A stretch of 64,000 nucleotides of DNA from Promethearchaeota archaeon (GCA_016840085.1 JAEOTA010000085.1:61498-125497), one strand, 5' to 3'; shown: positions 40,335-51,167, numbered from the stretch's first letter. Program-made: numbers and translations. The notes: a model not told the origin generated them from the letters alone.

Positions 40335-41930
40335 ATGTTAAAAACAAAAATACATCCTCGAGAAATTTATCAGAGATGTGAAGAGTTTGGATTCAAGAAT
40401 TCAATGCAAATGTTAACAGAGATCATAGAAGCAGAGAAAGATAAGAGTAAACGGAAAGAAGCAATTAAATACTTATCCTTAGTTAGCAATAATTCAACAT
40501 CGTTAAAAGATGACTGCTTTAAGACTCTTGAGACTCTATTGGTCACGGAAGATAGTATTGAAATTAAATGTGAAGCAGCAAAAGCTCTAGGTAGATTAGA
40601 ATATGAAAAAGGATTAAAACCCTTGAAATGGATATTGAAACAAAAACCAGTCAATAGTCAAATCAAGCTATCTGTTTTAAAAGCTATTCAGAAGATTAAG
40701 TTTGATGAGCCAGAAATTAAACTTTTTATTAATGAATTAGATTGCGAATTTAACTCGATTAAAGATTTTGTCACTATACAACTTTTAAGTCTAAATCCAG
40801 AAGAACTAATAAATGTATTATTAAACGCATTAAAAAGTAAAAAAATTTCAAATGATCATAAAATTGAACTAATTAAATTAATTGGATATGAACTATCAAG
40901 TATTAATGTTTCTTTTGAAGAAGTTAGCTATTTAAAAATAAAATATCCCGAAATTTTGAACAATTTAGTTCAATATAAAAGCATATTATTAGAAGTAATC
41001 ACCCAAATTTTGAAAGAAGAAGATTCCGATTTAATGGATTCCGCTATAATAATTTTAAAAATTTTAGGAAAAGAAATCGAGAAAGACATAACTAAATTAT
41101 TACTATTTGATGATTTCATTGTAAAGAAAAATGCTGTTATATTATGTGGAAAGTTAAAGTATGAAACTGCTGTTGACTTGTTAATCACTAATTTGGATAA
41201 TATATATAATGAAGTAAGTATAGCAGCTATTGAAGCTCTGGGAGAGATTGGAGATTTAACAGCAGTTCCAGAGCTTTTAGATGTTTTAGATATTGAAGAT
41301 ATCAGTTTCGAATATACTGATTTAGATATGAAGCTCTATATATTAGATGCGATAAAAAAGATTTATCTTAACAATACAGATTCGTCATATGATCAGTTAT
41401 ATTCACATTTAACAAGAGATAACAATACAATAAGAGAAAGTGTTGCTTTTATTTTAGGTGAAATCGGAAATGAAGAATTTGTTAAACCGTTAGTTGATTT
41501 ACTACAAATACGGAATCTAGATGTAAAAAAGAATTCAATAATTGCTTTAGGTAAAATTGGAACTTTGGAACCTTTAAACCATTTGCTTAAAATATTGGAC
41601 GATGAAGAAACTTACTGGCTTATAAAAAAAGTAGTCGTAGACGCAATATATAATATATTTCAAAACAATTGGTATAGGGTAAAAGAAGATCATGGTAAAA
41701 CAAAAAGATTGATCAATAAAAACATGGCGATTTTAAATGATCATTTAGGATCCAAAGAGGAAGAACACTTTAAAGTAAAATTAAGCCTGATTAAACTATT
41801 AGAAACTTACGGTGAGAAGCCATCTTTAAATGTATTAATGAAAAGGGTAAATGATTTCCACAGAACAGTAAGAATACATGCCTCTAATGCAATTAAAAAA
41901 ATCGAAGAAAGACTTGAATTAGAAAATTAA
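40335..41930 (+). CDS. HEAT-repeat (PBS-lyase-like) protein
   Basis: Repeats such as AAKALGRL, AAIEALGEIGD, VAFILGEIGN, SIIALGKIG. Confidence 0.88.
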   Translation: MLKTKIHPREIYQRCEEFGFKNSMQMLTEIIEAEKDKSKRKEAIKYLSLVSNNSTSLKDDCFKTLETLLVTEDSIEIKCEAAKALGRLEYEKGLKPLKWILKQKPVNSQIKLSVLKAIQKIKFDEPEIKLFINELDCEFNSIKDFVTIQLLSLNPEELINVLLNALKSKKISNDHKIELIKLIGYELSSINVSFEEVSYLKIKYPEILNNLVQYKSILLEVITQILKEEDSDLMDSAIIILKILGKEIEKDITKLLLFDDFIVKKNAVILCGKLKYETAVDLLITNLDNIYNEVSIAAIEALGEIGDLTAVPELLDVLDIEDISFEYTDLDMKLYILDAIKKIYLNNTDSSYDQLYSHLTRDNNTIRESVAFILGEIGNEEFVKPLVDLLQIRNLDVKKNSIIALGKIGTLEPLNHLLKILDDEETYWLIKKVVVDAIYNIFQNNWYRVKEDHGKTKRLINKNMAILNDHLGSKEEEHFKVKLSLIKLLETYGEKPSLNVLMKRVNDFHRTVRIHASNAIKKIEERLELEN

Positions 41931-42140
41931 TACTATTTTTACTGGCTTTTATAATTATTTCTATACTTACTTATCCATAAGTGTCTAATTTTAAACTTTA
42001 TTAATCCTAAAAGTAAATACAGAACTTCAATACTTCGAAAAGATATAATATTTAAATAAGATTATTAATACTTTCACTTAACTTCTCAGAGAAGTTTACA
42101 GGAAATTCAGATATCAAAAAAAATTTAAAGGTGATTTTAT

Positions 42141-42776
42141 ATAAAAAGATTTTATAAAAAAATATCGATTTTTTCAATAATTTTACTTGGGGTAGTCATA
42201 ATTGTTTCCAGTTTTCCATTAAATGCGAGAGGTGATTATTTAGTGAATGTTGGTGACGAATGGACGTACGGAGAGACTTTTAATGGTAGTTATAGGGGCT
42301 CCAATGGGGTAAAAATAACTTCCGTGCCCGCTCCTCCGGATTACCCCCTTGGAACCATATATGAAAATGGTACAGCAACAGAATTCAATCAAATGATAGA
42401 TGAAAAATATTTATTTAATGAGACTATGATAACCGAGTTGGAAGCAAATTACACTACAAAAACTAGAACTTATGCTGGCGTATCTTGTGAATGTGTTTAT
42501 TTAACAGATCCTAATGGCTATGCGTATATTGATACTGCAACAGGAATTTTAGTAGAAACTTATTTTTCTGGTGAAAACTTTCTAATGGGTCATATTACAG
42601 TTCATAAATGGATTATCTCGTGGTCAGTTACAGACATTCCAAAAAATCCAGAAGAACCCTCTACTGGTGGTGGTGATGATAAAATTCCAGGATATGATAT
42701 TTTATTCATTATCGGATTAATAGCTATTATTTCAACTGTATTAACAATAGGATTTAAAAAAAAGTTTAAGACTTAA
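42141..42776 (+). CDS. Secreted protein with Loki-CTERM-type (IPGY-TM-basic) sorting signal; signal peptide starts at an ATA codon
   Basis: C-terminus KIPGYDILFIIGLIAIISTVLTIGFKKKFKT. The frame extends upstream of GTG 42243 to ATA 42141 (IKRFYKKISIFSIILLGVVIIVSSFPLNARG), which is preceded by AAGGTGA. Confidence 0.7.
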   Translation: MKRFYKKISIFSIILLGVVIIVSSFPLNARGDYLVNVGDEWTYGETFNGSYRGSNGVKITSVPAPPDYPLGTIYENGTATEFNQMIDEKYLFNETMITELEANYTTKTRTYAGVSCECVYLTDPNGYAYIDTATGILVETYFSGENFLMGHITVHKWIISWSVTDIPKNPEEPSTGGGDDKIPGYDILFIIGLIAIISTVLTIGFKKKFKT

Positions 42777-43008
42777 AAATTAAATGAGGAATATACTGAT
42801 CAAAATAATGTAATTTGTTAAATCTAGGTATAATTAGGTTTTATGGGAGATTTTTAATTCTTTTCTCTCTTTTTTTTTACTAAAATTTCAAAAAACAATC
42901 TTCGTTATCCTTTAATTAATAATCTTTTTTTAAAAAAATCCATTCTATTCCATAGCTTATTATCAATAAATTAATTTAAATAAAATATCGAGATTACTGG
43001 AAAATAAA

Positions 43009-44499
43009 ATGACAGAAAATAATACAGACCAAACTGAAACTCCATATGAGTATTCGTTTGAATATATTCAAAAGAAACTTGAAGGAAAGAAAGATTCTTT
43101 TGGTATGTTGATGAAAGAAATCGTTCGTACTGGAATCTGCACTGAATGTGGTACATGCGCCGCGGTATGCCCCGTGTTAGAATGGGATGATCTAACAGCA
43201 CAGCCAAAATTAATAGGAAAATGCACAGGTTGTGGTATCTGTTATAATCAATGTCCTCGCACTATAACAGATCCTTATATGTTAATGGGAGATTTTAAAA
43301 CTGGTTATGTCGCTAATACAAATATTCCAGAAGTAATTGGTGGTCAAGATGGGGGAACAGTGACAAGTCTTCTTTGTTATCTATTTAATGAGCATTTGAT
43401 CGATGCAGCCGTTGTAACGATGAAAGATCCTAATAAACCATGGCATCCTATTGCTCAAATCATTACAAGTAAGGATGATGCTATTAAATCTTCTGGTTCT
43501 ATTTATAGCCATTCACAAACAGTTGAGGCTCTAATGGATGCTGTACGCCAAGATTTTAGATCAATCGCATTTGTTGGAACACCATGTAATATAGATGCTG
43601 TATCAAAAATGTTTGACAGTCCAACTGGTATGTTGAAATATTTTATGAGATGCCATGTTTTAAAGATTGGGCTATTTTGTATGGATAGTTTTGCTCCAGA
43701 AGCGCTTTATCCATTTTTTGAAAAGGGTGGTATAGATTTATTAAAAGTGCAGAAAATGAACATTAATAAGGGTAAGTTCCACTTATATTATGATCCGCAA
43801 GGAGAACCCGTAAAATCATATACAATTAGACAATTAGATAAGTTTAAATCTTCAAGTTGTAATTTTTGCACCGACTTGACTGCAGAAAATGCAGATATTT
43901 CTGTTGGTTCAGTTGGTAGCGGAGCAAATAAGAATACTGTGTTTGCTAGAACCGGTATTGGTACTGAAATTATGGAAGATGCTGCTGAGAAGGGCTATAT
44001 TAAAATAGAACCCTTTAATGCTATTAATCTAAACGCTGTGTTATTTTTAGCAAAACTTAAGAAAGTCTCACAGTATACTATTCAGAAGCGTAAAGTATTT
44101 ATCGTTAGAGATACTGATGAGAGGGAAGAGCCAAGAATAGAAACTAAACCAGAGGTAGAACAAGTTGCTGTTAAACCAGCACTTGGTGCTAGAAAATTTA
44201 TCAGCGCCAAAAAGGATTTGATTGAAGAAGACAAGCTTTTAAACTTGTCTTTAACGAATACAATTGGATATGTCTTAGAAGGCATGAAAATAAGAGTTGT
44301 TACAATAGAAGAACTTTTCGAGAAAAGACCATGGATTACTACAATTAAGGAACTTTTTCCATTTGAGACTATTGAAATAGGGTATCCTTTAGACATTGGA
44401 GAAGGAGAACCTATTAAAGCCAATATATTAGTTGAAGCATCCACAGAAGCATTTGGTAAGATATTTTCTAGAACTTTTAAATTAGCACCAAAAGAATGA
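43009..44499 (+). CDS. FrhB/FdhB family protein with extra C-terminal beta-sandwich-like domain
   Basis: CTECGTCAAVCP, CTGCGICYNQCP, QDGGTVT, VGTPC, GLFCM, CNFCTDLTAENADISVG; ~130-aa tail. Confidence 0.9.
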   Translation: MTENNTDQTETPYEYSFEYIQKKLEGKKDSFGMLMKEIVRTGICTECGTCAAVCPVLEWDDLTAQPKLIGKCTGCGICYNQCPRTITDPYMLMGDFKTGYVANTNIPEVIGGQDGGTVTSLLCYLFNEHLIDAAVVTMKDPNKPWHPIAQIITSKDDAIKSSGSIYSHSQTVEALMDAVRQDFRSIAFVGTPCNIDAVSKMFDSPTGMLKYFMRCHVLKIGLFCMDSFAPEALYPFFEKGGIDLLKVQKMNINKGKFHLYYDPQGEPVKSYTIRQLDKFKSSSCNFCTDLTAENADISVGSVGSGANKNTVFARTGIGTEIMEDAAEKGYIKIEPFNAINLNAVLFLAKLKKVSQYTIQKRKVFIVRDTDEREEPRIETKPEVEQVAVKPALGARKFISAKKDLIEEDKLLNLSLTNTIGYVLEGMKIRVVTIEELFEKRPWITTIKELFPFETIEIGYPLDIGEGEPIKANILVEASTEAFGKIFSRTFKLAPKE

Positions 44500-44576
44500 A
44501 AAATTAAATAAAATTTTATTAAAAAAGCTTAATGAAAATAATTATAATAAAAACTTAAATAAAAGGAAAATCAAAA

Positions 44577-45485
44577 ATGAAAATTAGTTTAGTTGGACTA
44601 AGTGGATGTGGTAAGACAAGCGTTTATTCAGTTGCTTTTGCCGCAAAGTCTCCAGAAGACACTAAAGGATTAGCACCAACAATTCTTTATGAAACAAGAA
44701 GACATCCATTCTTAGGATTACAAGTTGGGATTTTTGATTTTGGGGGTCAAGAGCAATTTAGAAAAGAATATATGGAAAAACCAGAAATTTTCAGAGGCAC
44801 TGATATTCTTATTCCTCTCGTGGATTTACATGATCCCGCCAATTTTGATCAGGCGAAAGATTATTTTATAGATTTATTAGATTTATACCGAAAGAATAAT
44901 GAAAAACCTAAGATTTTCTTATTCTTACATAAGTATGACGTTGAGTCTTATCAAAAGGAATTATTAGACACCAATGTTAAAAACGCGAAAGAGATCTTCT
45001 TAGATCTCTTTAATGATTATGATTTTGACTTCATGCTTACGAGTATTTATGAACAGGATAAATTAGCCAAAGTGTTCAGGGATATTCTAATATCCTCCTA
45101 TGCTGATTTAAAGGCTCATGTTGAAAAAGCAGAGAAACAACTTGATGAAATCAAGGCAAAAGTCATAATTGCTGATATTTCTGGTAATGTAATCGTTCAT
45201 AATGTTCAAGGAGTGAGTAGCGGTTTAACCTTACGAGGGGATTTAAGAGATTTCATTAATGCGTGTAATACAGTTCGAGAAAACATTTTTATGGCTGATT
45301 CTGCTCAGTTTGGAGGACGCAACGGAGATGGTAAAGAAATTGAGCTCCATATTTTCAAATATATTATATCTGTGCTTGTAATGAAATCCGGAGAGTTGGA
45401 CAGAGAGTCTCAAGACAAGCTAAATATGTTATTAAATGACATGCAACTTTTTGCTGATTTAATAATATCAGCTCATACTGAATAG
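44577..45485 (+). CDS. Rag/Gtr-like small GTPase with C-terminal roadblock/longin-like domain
   Basis: G1 GLSGCGKTS, G2 APT, G3 DFGGQ, G4 HKYD, G5 TSIY (HKxD and TSIY/W are Rag-type); ~120-aa C-terminal domain. Confidence 0.8.
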   Translation: MKISLVGLSGCGKTSVYSVAFAAKSPEDTKGLAPTILYETRRHPFLGLQVGIFDFGGQEQFRKEYMEKPEIFRGTDILIPLVDLHDPANFDQAKDYFIDLLDLYRKNNEKPKIFLFLHKYDVESYQKELLDTNVKNAKEIFLDLFNDYDFDFMLTSIYEQDKLAKVFRDILISSYADLKAHVEKAEKQLDEIKAKVIIADISGNVIVHNVQGVSSGLTLRGDLRDFINACNTVRENIFMADSAQFGGRNGDGKEIELHIFKYIISVLVMKSGELDRESQDKLNMLLNDMQLFADLIISAHTE

Positions 45486-45665
45486 GATTAAAGATTAAAA
45501 CACACTATTTTTTACTATTTCTCTATTTTTTCGGTTGTAATCTTAGTTTATTTTTCAGTTGACAATTATTTTTATAAAAAAAGGACATTTGCTTCTATGT
45601 AATTTAAATCTATGATAAATTTAGCTTGTATTTATTATTATAAATATAAAAAGGTGAAATTCTAA

Positions 45666-46043
45666 ATGTTTAAAGATATGAGTAGAGCTGCCCTATCTGT
45701 GTTTATCTTCGCCATATACCTAATATTTTTAGGGATAACATTTTTGTTTTTTCCTGAACTCATGTTTAGTATATTAGCTGAACAGAATCCCCCTGACGTA
45801 GTTTCACGTGTTCTAGGAATGATATTTTTATTTTTAGCTTATTACTTTATTCGAGCATCCTTAGAGGAAGAGGGAATGAAAAAATTTTTTATGTGGACAG
45901 CACAAACAAGAGCTACGGTTATAATTTTCTTAATAGTATATGTCATATTAGAGTTAGTAAGTCCTCTTATTATTTTATTTGGTGTTATTGATTTTGCTTT
46001 CGCAGCTTGGACATTCTGGGAGCTACGTAAGGAAAAAGGTTGA
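45666..46043 (+). CDS. Four-TM membrane protein
   Basis: Hydrophobic helices; AAGGTG SD. Confidence 0.75.
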   Translation: MFKDMSRAALSVFIFAIYLIFLGITFLFFPELMFSILAEQNPPDVVSRVLGMIFLFLAYYFIRASLEEEGMKKFFMWTAQTRATVIIFLIVYVILELVSPLIILFGVIDFAFAAWTFWELRKEKG

Positions 46044-46263
46044 TTCTAAAACGAGGTAATTATAGAGAATTTAATATCATTAACTTCTTTTTTTTCAACA
46101 AATATACTTTTTCAGCATATTCCGTAATTTTATTTTTATGACTAGCATAAAGCAAAATAATTGAATTTTTGAAATTGATATAATTTTAAATTAATGAAAA
46201 TTAATACTAATTCAATAAAACTCAAATAATAATAAATTAAGATTGTATTAAGAGGAAAAAACA

Positions 46264-47151
46264 ATGTTAAAGGCAAAAGTTAATAATATTGAAATAGAAT
46301 ACGATACATTCGGGGATCCTTCATCAAAGCCTTTATTATTAATTATGGGACTTGGTGCCCAGATGATCAATTGGGATGAAGAATTTTGCAAAAAACTTGT
46401 AGAACGTGGCTTTTTTGTGATTCGATTTGATAATCGTGACGTTGGATTATCTACCAAATTCGAAGAAGCAGGTGAACCAGATTTGATGAAATTATTCATG
46501 GCTGCACAAAAAGGAGAAAAAATTGAGGCAGCATATACATTAGAAGATATGGCTGATGATGCTGTTGGGCTTTTGGATGCTCTTAATATTGATAGAGCTC
46601 ATATTTGTGGTGCTTCAATGGGAGGGATGATCGCTCAGCTTATTGCTTACAGACACCCTTCTCGTGTTTTATCTCTTATTTCTATCATGAGTAGTACAGG
46701 TAATCCCGATTTACCCCGCCCAGAACCAGAGGCAATGCAAATATTAATTAAACCGTTACCCACTGGACGTGAAGCAATTATTGAGGATGGTGTGAATCGT
46801 ATGCGAATTGTTCATGGTACTGGTATTCCTTTTGACGAAAGAAGGGCGCGTAAGTTAGTTAGCGCTTCATATGATCGTTCAAATTATCGACCTGGTTATG
46901 CACGTCAAATGGCAGCAATTATGGCTACTGGTAATCGCAAGCCAGCTTTAGGTTCAATAACTGTTCCTACAATTGTAATTCACGGAGGAGATGATCCTCT
47001 TGTTCCACTTGAAGGAGGTAAAGATACAGCGGAGGTAATACCTGGAGCAGAATTACTCATTATTAAAGGAATGGGCCATAGTTTACCACCAGAAGTTTGG
47101 TCACAAGTAATGGATGCAATTACAAAAAATGCATCTAAGGCTAATCATTAA
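46264..47151 (+). CDS. Alpha/beta hydrolase
   Basis: LLIMGLG, FDNRDVG, GASMGG, HGGDD, GMGH. Confidence 0.93.
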   Translation: MLKAKVNNIEIEYDTFGDPSSKPLLLIMGLGAQMINWDEEFCKKLVERGFFVIRFDNRDVGLSTKFEEAGEPDLMKLFMAAQKGEKIEAAYTLEDMADDAVGLLDALNIDRAHICGASMGGMIAQLIAYRHPSRVLSLISIMSSTGNPDLPRPEPEAMQILIKPLPTGREAIIEDGVNRMRIVHGTGIPFDERRARKLVSASYDRSNYRPGYARQMAAIMATGNRKPALGSITVPTIVIHGGDDPLVPLEGGKDTAEVIPGAELLIIKGMGHSLPPEVWSQVMDAITKNASKANH

Positions 47152-47248
47152 AAATGAAGTTTTTCTAATAGAATATATTTATTTATTCTAACGAAATTAT
47201 TCAATTCTTATAATTAAAAAAGGATATTAATAAAAAGATTTGTTAAGA

Positions 47249-47836
47249 ATGGTAAATCGGTGTATGTGGGCAGGACAAGATTCTGAGATGATAAATTATC
47301 ATGATAAGGAATGGGGAACACCCGTTCACGATGATCGTCTCCTTTTTGAATTTTTAATATTGGAAGGTGCTCAAGCAGGTTTAAGTTGGAGTACAATTTT
47401 GCGGAAACGTGAGAATTACAGAAAAGCATTTAATAATTTTGATACTAAGAAAATTGCACAATATGATGAGAAAATGATAGAAGAACTACTAAATAATGAA
47501 GGGATAATTCGGAATAGACTTAAAATTAATGCTGTGATTTCAAATGCGAAAGCATTCTTAACAGTTCAAGAAGAGTTTGGTTCTTTTAATAAATATATAT
47601 GGAAATTTGTAAACCATAGGCCAATTATAAATAAATTTAAAGATCTCTCAGAATTACCTTCTAAAACAGAAATATCTGAGCAAATGAGCAAAGATTTAAA
47701 GAAAAGAGGATTTAAATTTGTTGGACCGACAATTTGTTATGCCTTTATGCAAGCTGTTGGAATGGTGAATGATCACGTAATGGATTGTTTTAGATATGAT
47801 GCGATAAATCATATTGTAAACAATTTTAAAAGTTAA
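47249..47836 (+). CDS. tag: DNA-3-methyladenine glycosylase I
   Basis: RCMW, YHDKEWG, LEGAQAGLSW, IIRNRLKI, GFKFVGPT, NDHVMDC. Confidence 0.95.
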   Translation: MVNRCMWAGQDSEMINYHDKEWGTPVHDDRLLFEFLILEGAQAGLSWSTILRKRENYRKAFNNFDTKKIAQYDEKMIEELLNNEGIIRNRLKINAVISNAKAFLTVQEEFGSFNKYIWKFVNHRPIINKFKDLSELPSKTEISEQMSKDLKKRGFKFVGPTICYAFMQAVGMVNDHVMDCFRYDAINHIVNNFKS

Positions 47837-47857
47837 ATATGTATAAGTTTATAAATA

Positions 47858-48124
47858 ATGGGTAATTGTATGGGTGATCATATGGGAAAGATTGAAATAG
47901 ACGAGAGAGGTCGTTTAACATTGCCCTCTAAAATAAGGGAAAAATTATTAATTCGGGCTGGTGATACATTGACTGTTAAGGTTAACTCTGACAATTCAAT
48001 TGTCATTAAAAAAAGTCCAACAAAAGAGCAGATATTTGATAGGCTTGTTGGATGTATTAAAATTCCATCAGAAGAGAAACCAACACCAGAGTTGATTAAA
48101 GGTATATGGAAACAAAACCAATAG
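47858..48124 (+). CDS. AbrB/MazE/SpoVT-family antitoxin
   Basis: IDERGRLTLPSKIREKL. Confidence 0.88.
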   Translation: MGNCMGDHMGKIEIDERGRLTLPSKIREKLLIRAGDTLTVKVNSDNSIVIKKSPTKEQIFDRLVGCIKIPSEEKPTPELIKGIWKQNQ

Positions 48125-48537
48125 TATTTATTGATTCAAATTATTGGATATATCTTTTTGATCAAACAACAATAGAGCATCGGTATGTAAGAGATCATTT
48201 TGATAAACTCTATGATAATTCATTATTAGCGATCAATACTGTAGTTATGTTTGAGGTAATGCATTATTTAGTAAAAAGATTAGGACCTACGATTGCTAAG
48301 GAAAAGTGGGAAATTTTTTCTTCAATGGATTTTATTATGGGGAATTTAGAGTTTGATGATTTAGATTTGATTTTTTCAGTCTTATGTAAGTATTCACATA
48401 CAGGGATTGAAGGACGAGATGCAACAATATTAAGTTTTATTGAGAAAAATCAGATTAAGAAACTCTGTACTCACGATATTAGTTTTAAAAGAATTCCGAA
48501 TATAGAAATTTTAGATCCCATCCCTGATGATCTATAA
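48106..48537 (+). CDS. vapC: VapC-type PIN-domain toxin
   Basis: VFIDSN, E, RDATI, THD acidic tetrad; overlaps the antitoxin gene. Confidence 0.88.
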   Translation: METKPIVFIDSNYWIYLFDQTTIEHRYVRDHFDKLYDNSLLAINTVVMFEVMHYLVKRLGPTIAKEKWEIFSSMDFIMGNLEFDDLDLIFSVLCKYSHTGIEGRDATILSFIEKNQIKKLCTHDISFKRIPNIEILDPIPDDL

Positions 48538-48947
48538 ATTAATCATATGCTTTTTCTCTATTTTAATAACCTTATTTTTTTAAAGATATATAACACACCT
48601 GATTTTCCTCTCTTCAAAAATATATAAACATTAATCGCGATAAGAACCCCAATAACAGGTAGTGTGACTAAAACGATAGTAAGTTCCAAATTTAGAAAGA
48701 AAGATTTAAACAGAGGATTATTGAGAGTTTAATAAAGAAATATTTATTCTTTTGTAAAAGATTATAAGATGAATAATGAGATGTGAGGGGTGTCTAAAGA
48801 AAGAAAATTTATTTATGTGTTTTTTTAGTGATAAGACTAAGGAAGTCTATTTTTGTTCTAAATGTTTAGCTAAATTATTGTTGGAAGATCCTACTCAAAT
48901 TTATAGTGTAACCAAAATTGGCTATACATGGACATAAAACATAGATT

Positions 48948-49664
48948 TTAAAGTAAAGATTTTAAGTCTTCCAAGGATCCTCTATATGTCGGTTCTGGGA
49001 CACTATTATCCCATTTCTTGCTATTACCTTCAATTAAAAAAGTGTGACACCCCAATCTAGCAGCTATCATATCTCTTTCTTCGTCACCAACCATCAAACA
49101 ATTCTCAGCACTAAAACCTATTCTATCTAAAATCTGTTCATAGTATATTAAATGTGTCAAAGATTTAGAAGCACAACTATTTTCGATGGTAGTCACTAAA
49201 CGGTAAGGGAAATCAGCTACATCGGCCCATTCAAGACGCTGTTCAATAGCGGTTGCGGGGAGTATTGGCATAGTTGCGATTACCATATCATATCCTTTAT
49301 CAAAAGCAGTTTGAACTACTTCTCTTGCCTCAGGTTTTTTTTGAGCGTATTGTTTTAATTTATAAAAACCATTTTTATAGAAGTCGTCGAAGAAGGGTTC
49401 AACTTCCTCACGAGAATGCCCCTCTAATGGAAAGAAGGCTTTTGCATATACTTCTTCATTTGTAATATGACCATTATTTCTTTCAACAGCTCTGGAGGCT
49501 TTCAATATCCTTGGGATAAACTTTTTTGCGGGGACGATGTGTTCAACACTCTGAGCTAAAAGTCTTAAGTATTGAGAGACAAACGTATCCAAATCGATAT
49601 CAAGAAGTGTTTTATCTAGATCAAAGAGAATTGCTTTAATATTATTGTCTAATCTTTTTGTCAT
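48948..49664 (-). CDS. HAD-superfamily hydrolase
   Basis: ILFDLDKTLL; MVGDEERDMIA. Confidence 0.9.
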   Translation of the reverse strand: MTKRLDNNIKAILFDLDKTLLDIDLDTFVSQYLRLLAQSVEHIVPAKKFIPRILKASRAVERNNGHITNEEVYAKAFFPLEGHSREEVEPFFDDFYKNGFYKLKQYAQKKPEAREVVQTAFDKGYDMVIATMPILPATAIEQRLEWADVADFPYRLVTTIENSCASKSLTHLIYYEQILDRIGFSAENCLMVGDEERDMIAARLGCHTFLIEGNSKKWDNSVPEPTYRGSLEDLKSLL

Positions 49665-49926
49665 TTTCTTACTATTATTGCTGCTTTTTGTATAGTAATT
49701 ATAATATTAATTTAAGTTCTTTACTTTTTGACAAATTAATAATTTTGACTCATACGTACGAAAAATTATTACAAATTCTCTAAAACTTTAGCAGTATTGA
49801 GAAAAATCTTAATTTTATAGCTAAAATACTTAAATCCATAAGTCTTAACAAATAATAATAAAAAATTTTTATAAAAGTCTATCTTTTAATTAATAAAATT
49901 AAGATAATAATTAACAATAAATCTGT

Positions 49927-51147
49927 TTGGAATTGGTAATACTAGAATTAAGTGACTTAAGTGCAGGCTCTATATTCATTGGAGATAAGCTTACTATTAG
50001 AACTAAATTTAATTTTGAAGAAGACACTGATATTTTATGGAGTGGTATTAGATTAATTACAAATCCTCCATGTTCAAGAGAACTTCAAGTTGCAAAAGAG
50101 GAAATATTTAATAAAGGATATTTTGAAGCAGGAGAATATATACGAGAAAAATCTCTATTAATAAAAACTAATGTAGTGCCTACCATCAAGAATAGAAATT
50201 TGAATTATGTCTTAAAATTAATATTAAGACAACCAAATCCAATCAACCCTGAAGATGACTTAGTCATTAATAAAACTCAAGATATAGAGATAAAAGCAAA
50301 AGATTCTGGTCTTCAAACAAAAGCGCCAAATCCTATTTCATTTTCAATCTCAGGATTAAATGTTTTACTTACTAAAGATATTTATAAACCTGGTGAAACA
50401 ATCAAGATAAGTTTTACATCAGACGTATTAAGAGAGATTGAAGTGAGACTTTTGCAAAACGCAAATATTGTGTGCTACTGTGAAGCATATGGACAAAATT
50501 GCAGTAAAGTTGAAGAACTCCCTCCAGCAATAGCAGGAGATAGTAAAACACCCAATATCGACAAAGGATTTTTGCTTTTAAAAGTCCCTGAAATCGCAGA
50601 ACCAAGTCATAATTATCTTTGGTCACCCTCTGAAAAGGAAATGTTTGGTTTTCGCTATGGTGCTTATACTAAATGGTCTCTGTTAATAATAGGAAAAAAG
50701 AAACCTGAATTTGGGCAAGAACCTATCAAATTAGAAGTGCCTATTACTATTACAAAGGGTTCGATTTCTGAAGAAAAAGCAGAATTTGATTTATTTGCAC
50801 GAGAAGCTGCTGAAGCTTCCTCTGTATTTGATGGAATTTCTTCTAAGTTTCAAAAAGTGTATAAGGTTCTTTCTATTGATTCTGACATCGATAAATATAA
50901 AATTGCGATAAAAAACGTTTCAAAGAAAGATCTTCAAGGTGTAACTGTCAGAGTATTAGGACTACAAGAAGGATTATTTGAAACTGCTCCAAGTTTAACT
51001 GGATTTAATATTTGGAAAAAGAATGAAGAAAAAGAGATTGTCTATGAAATTAAACAGGACATTTCAGCCCTTATTACCATTTTAGAAGATAATAGTCAAC
51101 AAAGTATTAGGATACAAACGCCTGTAGCAGAAGCAAGTTTTTTTTAG
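49927..51147 (+). CDS. Beta-rich protein, arrestin/Vps26-like fold suspected, with shared C-terminal domain
   Basis: Arrestin-like features (GEY...VVPT...NYVLK; KDIYKPGETIKI; LEVPITI); C-terminal QEGLFE domain. Confidence 0.5.
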   Translation: MELVILELSDLSAGSIFIGDKLTIRTKFNFEEDTDILWSGIRLITNPPCSRELQVAKEEIFNKGYFEAGEYIREKSLLIKTNVVPTIKNRNLNYVLKLILRQPNPINPEDDLVINKTQDIEIKAKDSGLQTKAPNPISFSISGLNVLLTKDIYKPGETIKISFTSDVLREIEVRLLQNANIVCYCEAYGQNCSKVEELPPAIAGDSKTPNIDKGFLLLKVPEIAEPSHNYLWSPSEKEMFGFRYGAYTKWSLLIIGKKKPEFGQEPIKLEVPITITKGSISEEKAEFDLFAREAAEASSVFDGISSKFQKVYKVLSIDSDIDKYKIAIKNVSKKDLQGVTVRVLGLQEGLFETAPSLTGFNIWKKNEEKEIVYEIKQDISALITILEDNSQQSIRIQTPVAEASFF

Positions 51148-51167
51148 ATAAGATTAAAGTATAATTT

